Shown: positions 53,923 through 64,000 of the stretch, one piece after another | Numbering within the stretch: the first letter of the stretch is position 1 | Layout of the letters: each line of letters opens with the position of its first letter | Source of the DNA: Macrostomum lignano | Lineage: Eukaryota | Length of the DNA: 64,000 bases | Direction: 5' to 3' | NCBI GenBank assembly: GCA_002269645.1 | Contig: NIVC01000016.1 | Coordinates: 744,001-808,000 of the forward strand | Notes under the pieces: model-generated | What the model saw: the letters and a program-made list of their open reading frames with translations, nothing else | What the model was told of the DNA's origin: nothing | Databases searched by the model: none | Position numbers and translations under genes: made by a program

Positions 53923-55803
53923 CTATCGCTTGCCTTTGCGACCCTTCGGTTTGCTGCTCTTCTGACTCTTTGGCTTGCTCTGCTTTGGCGTCTTCGGCTG
54001 CTTGGCTGCGGCGCGGGGTTTCGAGCCGCCACTCGGTGCCGACGGCTTGGGCCGCTCCGGCTGGCTGGCACTCCGCGCCTGCTTCTGACCCGCCGGCGTC
54101 TTCTTCTGGCTCGGCTGCGCCTTCTTAGCGGGCGGCTTCTTGTCCGGCGTCTTTTGTCTGGCCGTGGCCGGGGCCGTTTTACTCCGGGCAGATTTGGCCG
54201 GGATCTTCTGTTCCCCCATCTTTTTATCCTGCTTTTTCTGATCCCGCTTCTTCTGCTTATCTGGCCGGTTTTTCTGATCTGATCTTGTCTGCGCGGGAAG
54301 TGGAAGAGAATCGATCTGCTTATCTTGACTGGGCGGGTTTGCAAGCTGTTGCGCCAGTTGCGTCTGTTGCTGCGCCTGCTGCTGCTGCTCCGCCTGAGCA
54401 AGCGGCGCCATTTCGTCCGGCAATGGCGGCTGGAATCTCTTGGTACCGGCCGCCGACTTGCTGTCCGCCGTGGTGTCCGGCAGGCGCTGCCAGCGTCCGA
54501 ACTGGTTTAGATGATAGTAGCAGCGCGTGCAGTTGGGCCGGCCGTCGTTCAGGTGATAGGCGAGGCTCTCGGAGGCCGGCGCCCCGGCGCAGAAGATGCC
54601 GCGACCGCAGACGCAGCACCTGCAGTGAAGCAAGATTGTTTAGGGGAATGCGAGTGATTATTTTGGCACTTCACATGCCTTCTTTGACATCCAATACGAG
54701 CGTACATCCGGCTCTCTCTTGTTCTTTTGTGCATATAACACTCCCTCCGTGTATCCTTGGCACTCCCCTGACTTCCTTGGCGCTCCCCTGGCGCTCCCCT
54801 GACTTCCTTGGCGCTCCCCTGACTTCCTTGGCGCTCCCCTGACTTCCTTGGCGCTCCCCTGACTTCCTTGGCGCTCCCCTGACTTCCTTGGCGCTCCCCT
54901 GACTTCCTTGGCGCTCCCCTGACTTCCTTGGCGCTCCCCTGACTTCCTTGGCGCTCCCCTGACTTCCTTGGCGCTCCCCTGACTTCCTTGGCGCTCCCCT
55001 GACTTCCTTGGCGCTCCCCTGATTTCCTTGGCGCTCCCCTGATTTCCTTGGCGCTCCCCTGACTTCCTTGGCGCTCCCCTGACTTCATTGGCGCTCCCCT
55101 GACTTCCTTGGCGCTCCCCTGACTTCCTTGGCGCTCCCATGCCTTTCTTGGCACTCCCCCTACCTTGGCACTCCCTACCTTGGCACTCCCCTGCCTTCTT
55201 TGGCGCTCCTCTGCCTTCCTTGGCACTCCCCAGCCTTCCTTGGCACTCCCCCTACCCACTGTATTGGCACTGTAACTGATTGTCTTGCACAAAAGTCTTC
55301 CTATCTAATATAAATGTGCATTTAACAATAAAATGTTGATCTTATGCATTAAATTTCTTGAAAATGTCAGCACACCTGAGAGTGTGCGAACTGTGAAATG
55401 CTTCAAGCCTGTCGCCAGTAGGCAGCCGGTAGAATGTGCCCGACTTCTGCCCGATCCGTCTGTCCTGATGAGAGCAATTGTTCGAATGGCACACAGGTCT
55501 GGGAAAGCAGCTGTCGCACAGGCGCCACATCTTGTAGCTGTTGAAGCGGATGCCCAAGGGAAAGTATTATGCTCTAGCATGTTCGAATCTCATTTACAAC
55601 GCAAACGCACTCTTCTGGAAGCAGAAATCAAGTTTAGCACTCCGACTAACTCACGAATGAAAGCCCTCGCCAATCGGCTGGCGGCACCGGTGGCAGCAGA
55701 AATGCTCCGGGTGATAAAAGTTCCCCTCTGACACGACCGCTCCGCCGTCGATGGGCTCGCGACAGCTCAAACAGATGCGCATGCCGATTGGTTGATGCAG
55801 CAG
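53923..55803 (-). CDS. LIM-domain protein (one canonical and one divergent LIM) with a Lys/Pro/Gln-rich basic C-terminal tail; 5' end uncertain
   Basis: Exons on the minus strand are 55803-55655, 55537-55376 and 54619-53923. LIM1 reads CLSC...HPEHFCCHRC...GFHS|YKMWRLCDSC and LIM2 reads CHSNNC...HSSHTLR|CCVC...NCTRCYY. Both introns are phase 2. A possible upstream exon lies at about 56958-56791. Confidence 0.75.
54765..55255. repeat. 20-bp minisatellite GGCGCTCCCCTGACTTCCTT, LIM gene last intron
   Basis: Tandem units are visible. Confidence 0.95.
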
Positions 55804-57868
55804 CTAGGAGTAGATGCTTTTGCAGATTGTTTATAAGAATCGTGCACTCATATATTCCTTTGCATATGGTTGAAAGTTTTTTGTGAAGTTTTACCATAGA
55901 TATGCTTCAACTCTGAGGTTTCGTGGAAGTTCATTGTAAATATGCTGTTTTATTGGGGTCAGTCGCGTTCCGGTCCGGTCCGTCTTTTCCATAGTCCCTT
56001 CCTTTTATTTGGCATGCACAATCTTTAGTTTGTTACGTACATACAGTACGCTTTTTTCACCTGTCTATTGCAATACGTACTTTGTGTAAGACCCTCTGGT
56101 CTCCTTTGGCGTAGTTCTCTCTGTCCCAGCCTTGTCTTCTGACTTTGATGTAGTCATAGTCAAGGGCCATTGTAGCATAACAGGACCTAAAACTCGTGTC
56201 ATTTTTATGGGGCCAATTTCCTGAAAAAATACACTACGGAGATAGGAAAACATCATTGTTTCATGTTACTCTGTTGTACTCTTATTTGATATAGATAGTC
56301 GTGCAATGAAGGTTTCATTTTCACATTGTTTCCTTCTTATTTTATAAGCCCCAAGCCAAAGTTGTAAATCCTCACAAGTGAATTTTTTGTTTCGTTACTT
56401 TTTGAATCGTCCTAATATGGTCCCATTTAGACGGCTTATCTTTGCACTTTCACTTATTGCACCCAAATCTCACATGGCTTGACTTTCTTTTACTTTGGCT
56501 TCTTTTTACTTTATCATTCCCCTTTTTTTGAGTTCCTTGCATAGAAATCAAAGATTAGGATCTAGCATCTATCTGAAAATAAATGATCGATATAGTAACG
56601 TTATATATATTTATAGGGTTTGAAATTCAAGGAGATAGGAGAGGTCTTGCGATCTAATAGTACATGTATGAATTAATTACTTATAGGGCCAATCTTAGGG
56701 TGATCTTGGCGCCACAGGTTTTGCCGCACAAAAATTTCCGGTGGTTGTTGCAGCGTTAGTCATAGGCGTGGACTCGGAGCGGGTTCTCACTTTCCTCCTG
56801 GCTAAGCTTTGGTGGCCCGTCGAACCACCCCTGATTCCGGGAGCGGATATGTCGGTGGCGACCGAGGTGCCACTGTCCAGCTCCTCCGGAGAGACCTGCG
56901 TTTGGGCGTCTGCTTTGAAGCAGGGACCGGACAGTGTCGCTCGTACAGGTGTGCATCTCTAAATCTTAAATAAGCTTCTTGGCGTGTAACAATGTCCGTG
57001 GTTGCCCTCGTCCAGCCATCTTTAGCTCGTACTCGTACTCTTTAGCTCGTATTTGACTTTGTTGGTCACTGGCCTTCACCCAGGCGGAGCTTCTGGACCT
57101 TCAACAGGCGACACCAGGTTGCAACAGCTTTGCTGTTGAAAAATTATCTAGTTTCGCCGATCAAGCCTCAACTGCTGGGCATCATCAGCTGGTCTCTCAA
57201 GCATTCCGTCATCACCCCGATGCAGTCGGCTCCTTCAACAGATGATACCAGGTGACTATGGACACCATGCTGCTTGGTATTCCTACTGTTAATATAAGCT
57301 TCGCCTCAGTTCTCACACAAGGCCTCTGGCTATTTACAGATAGAGTCGCATAGTAAAATACAGTATTGAAAAATACAACTAAGAATTAGTTAGGAACACG
57401 AATCTTACTAGATGCAGACTGAAGTGCAAGCAAGGAACGTTCTAACACAACCAAGATAACCAGGAAATTGCTTTTTAATCTCTTCGATCATGACAGCGAA
57501 TGCTTGTTTGAATCGGTTCTAGCGTTTTTGAAATGGTATATAATGGTATTAGTAGTAGTTATTATTGTTAGTATTAGTGGATCGATATTAGTTGTGTTTA
57601 TAGTCTGTTCGTACTTAAAGCCCGTAACTCTACCGGTAAACACTGATCATTGATCATTGACACTCTGAATATTCTGTGTGGCGGTAGCGGACCTATCATT
57701 ATAATTATGATTGACATCTTTCTATATTTAACAGACATTTGCCAATTTGTCTGTGGCCGATAATTTCTATAGGCTTTGTTCTCAGCTAAAGTAGCGTAGC
57801 AAGTGGCCAAATAGACGAGGTGCTATTTACTTTTAAGCTAGGAAGCTGGAGTAAAAAACTTGCCCTCG

Positions 57869-59610
57869 ATGGACCGGCATTCAGCTGCGTGCAGCGGCGA
57901 CTCGGACTTCAACTCTCGCCGAGGGTCTCAGCAGCAGCAGCAGCAGCAGTTCTTCGGCGGTCCCAGCCTCCGCCTGCAGCGCCGAGCGGCCGTGTTCAAA
58001 GCGAGGAAGCGCTGCAACAACTGGCTGGAATCTGACTTGTCGAACGATGACGCTGAAGACGAGGAAGGAGACGAGGCGATGTTTGGAACGTCACTGCTAA
58101 AGCCGTCAAAGCCATCAGATCGGGTCAGAAGATCGCGGATTGACGACGAGGCGCCAATTAACTTCATGGAAGTTTATCACCGGCTTAAACTAGGTGATTT
58201 AGGCTGCCAGCCTGCGGCGCCCAAGCAGTATTGGGCCAACAGGATGCGATCGGCAGCGGAGATGTACTCTGCTGCTGTCACTCCGGCTAGACAGGTGAGG
58301 GTTTGCTAGGACTGACTAGGACTAAATACATATTACAGTAAAATCAAAACTTACACTTCAAGTTACAGTTCACAACTTGCTGATAAATGCACCCCAACCG
58401 CATATTTCCGTTATCTCACTGCTACAAAATAACAGGGAGACTGAACGACCAAAAAGGGAGTTTAAAAATGGGACGAGAGTCACAATAAATGACTGGTTTC
58501 AGCAGTAATAAACGGATGGGAAATGTTGAGTGTCGATTTGTCGCTTGTATTTAACATGCTCTCAGTCTTGTGTGTGCGATTGAATCGCGCCACCTTGGCA
58601 GGTCGCCTCCGCCATCGAAGACGCCGACAGCGCTGGAAGTTCGACGACGGACCTCCGTCAGCTTCGGCGCCTGCTCCGAGATCGCGAACGAGTTGGCAGC
58701 ACCACTCCACCCCCGGTGCCCAAGCCACGGAGGAGGCAGCCCAGCTGTACCGTTGCTCCGTCTACTCCCCCGTCGTCGCCGCAGCCGCCGAATCCGACCA
58801 GCCGACGCAGGCGGCACCCGGCTCCGCACGAGTCCAGCTGCTGTCTGGGACCGTTCGCCTCCGTGGCCGTCTCGATTGCCGAGCCACTCGAACCGCCGCG
58901 TCATTACCGGCTGATGTCGGAGCGGACAGCCGCTTCTAGTACAGTTGCTGGTCTGCACAACGTTGTACGTTTTTAAAATTACAAATAAGTAGTGGCGAAA
59001 TGCCTGTACTTCCTGCTAAAGGGCGAATCCATTGACCCTCTTGAGAAATTTTCCCTGCAGAAAGGTAAAGGAAAGGTAACAGAGCTATTCGAGAAAATAA
59101 CGGTTTATTGCATGTACACGTGCAGGTGTGCTATTATTGCGCCGACTGGGAGCTGCTTCGCCGACTGAGTATCACCAGCCGCCTGCTGGCGAGAGACGGA
59201 GGCCGCGCTCCGACCCTCTGGCTGAGCAGCGCTGCTCTGCTGACCAACCTTTGCTATCCGACCTGTTGCGAGGTGTCGAGACTGCCAATCCGAACGCCAG
59301 CGACGCTGTCGGCAAGTGCCGAGTTTGCATCGCCTGCCTCAGCAACACGGACGGTGGTGAAGTGGCCGGCGCCGAACTACCCGGCCAAAGCCGGCGAGCC
59401 GCCGCTGAGCGGATTCGCCTACAAAGCGATGGACCGGCGACGCCTGCGATCCCAAAGTGGCGAGGCGGCCCTGCGCCAGAGAAGGCGAAAGTCCCTGAGC
59501 AAACTGTACGCAGTGCCCGTTGCTTGAGCTGTATAATTTGTGGCGCTCTCTTTAACTGTCGCTGCCGTATTCCATTTTTATTTGCGTGTAACCGTTGCAA
59601 GAGCAAGTGA
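57869..59610 (+). CDS. Uncharacterised protein, probably 3 exons (about 57869-58294, 58602-58965, 59126-59527/59610)
   Basis: Three GC-rich coding-like islands with plausible splice sites (CAG|GTGAGG at 58294; GGCAG and TGCAG acceptors). The reading frame of exons 2 and 3 is ambiguous and no family was recognised. Confidence 0.45.
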
Positions 59611-60928
59611 ATGGTTTTTTAAGTTACTGGCAATATTATTTGAGCAGAGTTGTAGCGCTTCCACTGCGTCTACTTTTTTTCCGAAAATTCGGTATTTTTT
59701 AATTATTTTTTTGATTGGATTGGGATGTACGAGCTCGTCCTTAAATTGGACAGTGACTCCAAGAGAAAAACAACGCTTTTCAATCCCATCAGGGCTGTTA
59801 AAAAATATTTGAACGCTCGAACTCAAATATATTCCCTATTCCTTCTGCGGAAGAACAATGATGAATCCACGAGGTCTTCGGCGTTCTTGGCCTTGGAATG
59901 AAGGGCCAAGGAGCAGCTGATCGCGACGGGACCGCCACTGCAGCTGCCCTGCGAATCGAGTCAAGTAAATGAAACTTATGACTGCCCTTGGGAGTCCCCT
60001 ACTTTCCTAAGACAGACTCAACCACAGAATACACAAGCTCGAAATTTCACACTGTCAAATAGCAAAATACTTCACAAGGTAGAAATGTCACAACGTCGAA
60101 AACTTTATGCACTCAGCAACATGAAAAGTCGCCGCCCTTTGCCCCAGTGAGCAGTGTCTTTCAACCAGCGTAGCTGTCACCTGGCCAACCATTTTGATAT
60201 TAAAAAATGCTTGAAAAAGCTATGAAAACCGGGCGGAAGCTTCAATCCAATCCAATCTTCGCCCTCCGCTCTTCCCAATACCTTCACACCCAGCTCAACT
60301 CTGCGTCGCGTGGCGCAAGTTGCGTCACTCAAAAGTCAATACTGAGCTAGAATTTACTGCGCACCTTCAAAGGTGGCGACTTTTTAATGTTGTTGAATAT
60401 AGATTTTCGACTATATGAAATTTCGGGTTCGTGTTGTGAAGTTTCGGCATTGTACAATTTCGGGCTTTTAAAAGCTCCCAGCTGTAATTGCAGTTTCGGA
60501 GCTTGGATTTCGGGCTTGTCGATTTTTTTGTCGAGTCTACTTGTTAATTGTTTCACCTAATTCTGCCAAGATAGATTTCTGTAGTTATCATGCAAATACA
60601 TGTAGGACAAAAACGTTTTCTTTTTAATGCAATCAATATATAGTTTGTAGCTCGTAGATTATTAATCTTTCACAAAATATGTAAATTTTTCTTCATCTAC
60701 AAAACTTACGCAAATTTATTTTCATCACGGTTATTTAATTACAATAATTCAACACACAACGAAAATTCGATGAAGTTTTTATAATTGAGATTGTTGGATT
60801 ATTTGAAAGCCTGGTTGTTTGAAAGTTTGAAATGTGAATAAGTGTATGTGAAATCTATCATTATTCCATTGCTTCATTGCGGCAACTTTTATAACTGACA
60901 GAATCAGTATCTAATCATCACAGATACT

Positions 60929-61380
60929 AGAATAACTAGATGGGCCACTACTATAAGCACATTTGCATGCAAGCTACTTTCAGCTCAGTAGTAAGTTAAA
61001 CTGAAGCATTTTAATGTATTTTAAAGACAAGGCTTTTTTATTAGACCTTACGCCCCCCCCCCAAAGCTTAAATAAACCCTCAAACTCCACACAGCCTCTA
61101 ACCCCGCCACGCCAACGAATTTTTATTACCTTCCTCGGTTGTTCCAGCCGAAATCTTCCTTGTACATTTCAGTGGCTAATGTACATTACTGACGTAAATG
61201 GCTTAACCAATTAGCAAGTTTGTTTACGCCTGCAAGCTGTGCCTTCTAAACGTATCAAAGTAATCTTAGCTGCCTTTATTCTTTTAAAATAAAATAGCTT
61301 ATGTATTCTTCACTGCTACTGACTGAAAGTAGAAGGCTGTTTTACTAAGTATATGCCTGAGTGGCCCATCTAGTTATTCT
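60929..61380. mobile_element. MITE with perfect 21-bp TIRs, copy 2
   Basis: AGAATAACTAGATGGGCCACT ... AGTGGCCCATCTAGTTATTCT; the interior is homologous to 46225-46617. Confidence 0.8.
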
Positions 61381-61908
61381 TCAGTTTAATTTACTACTGA
61401 GCTAAAAGTACCTCGTAGCTTGCACGCAAACGTGCTTACAGGCCAATCTAATTATTCTAGTAATCTGTGCTAATTATTCACGAATATTCTGTGATTAGCA
61501 AGGTGAAAAATAAATAAACGAGAAAATGAAATTTTAACAAATGTACTTTAGGGATATTTTGTGACTCATTGCAATTAAGCGCACGGCGGTGAAGGAATGC
61601 GAAGAAAATGACTCGATCGGTTTGTACTTTTGTGTGATTTATTAATATTAAATTAGTGAAAAATAAACTGAAATTGCGGCACCACACAAATAAAAAAGGA
61701 GGAAACTCGTCAAAAAAGATAGTAACTTGAGTGTTGACGCTTCTAATTAGGACGGATTAGACATGAGAGCGTACGATAGCTATATAAAGATAATTGCTAA
61801 TAAGCGTTAAGAATCTACAGAGAAGAGTGGACGGACAAGCGGAGCTACCATTTAAATTGCTGTAGTGCTGCAAGAAAGATGCAAGAGGGAGGAAGTCATT
61901 CTAAATCA

Positions 61909-62911
61909 CAGGGGTCGGCCAACTTCTTACCACAAGGGCCAGATAGGGAACCTTAGCGCACGACTGCGGGCCAGTGGATGGGAGAGAGGAGAGAGAAACG
62001 AGAAGAAAAATATGAAAAAGGAAAGGCGAGGGGCGACAGGCGGACAGGCGAGACAAAAGTGAGTAGACGGTAGGAGAGGAGAGAAGGGAGAGGAGAGAGA
62101 AAAGAAGAGATAGGGAGAGGAGAGAGGAGAGGAGAGAAGGGAGAGGAGAGGAGAGGAGAGAAGGGAGAGGAGAGAGGAGAGGAGAGAAGGGAGAGGAGAG
62201 AGGAGAGGAGAGAAGGGAGAGGAGAGAGGAGAGGAGAGAAGGGAGAGGAGAGAGGAGAGGAGAGAAGGGAGAGGAGAGAGGAGAGGAGAGAAGGGAGAGG
62301 AGAGGAGAGGAGAGGAGAGAAGGGAGAGGAGAGGAGAGGAGAGAAGGGAGAGGAGAGAGGAGAGGAGAGAAGGGAGAGGAGAGAGGAGAGGAGAGAAGGG
62401 AGAGGAGAGGAGAGGAGAGGAGAGAATGGAGAGGAGAGAGGAGAAGGAGAGAAGGGAGAGAAGAGGAGAGGAGAGAGGAGAGGAGAGAAGGGATAGGAGA
62501 GAAGGTAGAGGAGAGAGGAGAAGGAGAGAAGGGAGAGAAGAGGAGAGGAGAGAGGAGAGGAGAGAAGGGAGAGGAGAGAAGGGAGAGGAGAGAGGAGAGG
62601 AGAGAAGGGAGAGGAGAGAGGAGAGGAGAGAAGGGAGAGGAGAGAGGAGAAGGAGAGAAGGGAGAGAAGAGGAGAGGAGAGAGGAGAGGAGAGAAGGGAG
62701 AGGAGAGAAGGGAGAGGAGAGGAGAGAAGGGAGAGGAGAGAGGAGAGGAGAGAAGGGAGAGGAGAGAGGAGAGAAGGGAGAGGAGAAAGGAGAGGAGGTT
62801 AGAGAGAAGAGAGCTGAGAAGAGACCTTGAGCGGGCCACATTGCTATTGTGCAGTTTCAAAGAACCCGAGGGCCGGACAGAGAGGTTTTGGCCGAAGTTC
62901 GCCGACCCCCT
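61909..62911 (+). mobile_element. hAT (Charlie-like) MITE carrying an internal about 750-bp GA-rich minisatellite
   Basis: TIRs are CAGGGGTCGGCCAACTT and AAGTTCGCCGACCCCCT. Subterminal GGGCCAG/GCGGGCCA motifs are present and the internal array is GAGAGGAGAGGAGAGAAGG. The TSD is unclear. Confidence 0.7.
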
Positions 62912-63531
62912 AAGGCAATAGAAGATAAGATATGCGATAGAAGTTGTTAAGCTGAGGAGCTGGGGGAGTCCAATGTTATTAGTCGGATTACCTCCTATTG
63001 TATCCACATCGCATCATTTTTCTGCATTGACTACAAAAGCATCCCAAATAGACCAAATACTCCAATTCACCTAATAATTGATCTCAAAGATAGATATTTC
63101 GGAGAACCTTTTATCGATAGGTAAGATGTGCTCATAAATTAAAAAAAAACAAGCAAATACGTGCAAGATAGATAGCAAAAGAAAGATAGAACACAATATA
63201 GCAACACATTAAAGATAGAAATAGCAATTAAACGATTACGATCCAAAGGAATAGAGAGAGAGGCTGGATCAATCACCATCATTGCCTCGCCAAAGATATT
63301 TTTGGCTTCATCATCACTGCTGAAGCTGGATAAAATGGGTAATAATTTCGGGAGTTAAAGCGTAGGTTTAAAAATATTTACATTCACGATATTAAATATT
63401 TTTCCTAACTGGAGTAACAATTGCAAGTTTAAATAAAAAACCGGCATTTTCCTGAATTTGAGGACTTTATTTTTATGATGCTTTAATTATATGAGTATCG
63501 TTAGTAACGAATTCGGATATTTTATTAGGAA

Positions 63532-63680
63532 TCACTTTGAGTCGATTACCTCTTCTTTGAGCTTGGCTGCGATGGCCCTGCGCATGGCCAGCTTCCGCTC
63601 GTCATCGGCGCTCCGCTTCGGCGGTCCCGAGTCCTCCTGAGGAATGGCAAACCGGTTGTGAGACTGCGGAGCTTTTATCC
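63532..63680 (-). CDS. Terminal exon resembling the CFAP36/CCDC104 C-terminus (gene continues beyond the window)
   Basis: It translates PQSHNRFAIPQEDSGPPKRSADDERKLAMRRAIAAKLKEEVIDSK*, similar to the ...LAEKLKEEVI end of CFAP36 as recalled from memory. The acceptor position is uncertain. Confidence 0.5.
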
Positions 63681-63704
63681 TATCATGGCGACATTTTGGT
63701 ATAG

Positions 63705-64000
63705 CTCAGGGGCGATTTATTTGGTAGTTCAGGCCCGATTCAGTTGGTAGTTCAGGGGCGATTGATTTGGTAGTTCAGGGCCGATTTATTTGGTAGTTCA
63801 GGGCCGATTCATTTGGTAGTTCAGGGCCGATTTATTTGGTAGCTCAGGGCCGATTTATTTGGTAGTTCAGGGCCGATTCATTTGGTAGTTCAGGGCCGAT
63901 TTATTTGGTAGCTCAGGGCCGATTTATTTTGTAGTTCAGGCCCGATTCATTTGGTAGTTCAGGGCCGATTTATTTGGTAGCTCAGGGCCGATTCAGTTGG
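63705..64000. repeat. 23-bp minisatellite GGGCCGATTTATTTGGTAGTTCA, probably intronic
   Basis: Tandem units run to the window end. Confidence 0.93.

Noticed and set aside
59805-59960. GC-richer patch that could be a minus-strand exon
   Set aside because: The CFAP36-like gene already terminates at 63532, and no partner exon or motif was found.

Overview
This is eukaryotic (animal) genomic DNA, not prokaryotic. GC-rich exons sit in AT-rich spacers, and almost every long intron carries its own minisatellite. That style resembles the flatworm Macrostomum, but the taxon is an inference only. Gene models built by hand from GT-AG junctions and frame continuity are: ZFYVE1/DFCP1 (+, 6 exons); a compact intronless minus-strand trio of OXA1L, an orphan membrane protein and DPH3; AP-1 mu subunit AP1M1 (+, 7 exons); an LRRC74-like LRR gene (-, 7 exons, one apparent 1-nt deletion); a PLAC8/cornifelin-family gene with a decayed Gypsy fragment in its intron; two about 98% identical PAN/apple + C-type lectin genes in inverted orientation; a DUF4200 coiled-coil gene; a two-LIM-domain gene; an uncharacterised + gene; and a CFAP36-like last exon. 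Mobile DNA includes a 5'-truncated RTE-type LINE inserted into a tRNA-derived CORE-SINE with a 7-bp TSD, and several MITE families. Most long ORFs in the ORF track are minisatellite artefacts. There is no CRISPR array, rRNA or bona fide tRNA. No novel system is proven. The best leads are the candidate trans-spliced operon with an orphan gene, the inverted lectin pair whose homology is confined to the CDS, the intron-private minisatellites, and CLEAR-type E-boxes (two of them inside a hairpin with an inverted loop copy).
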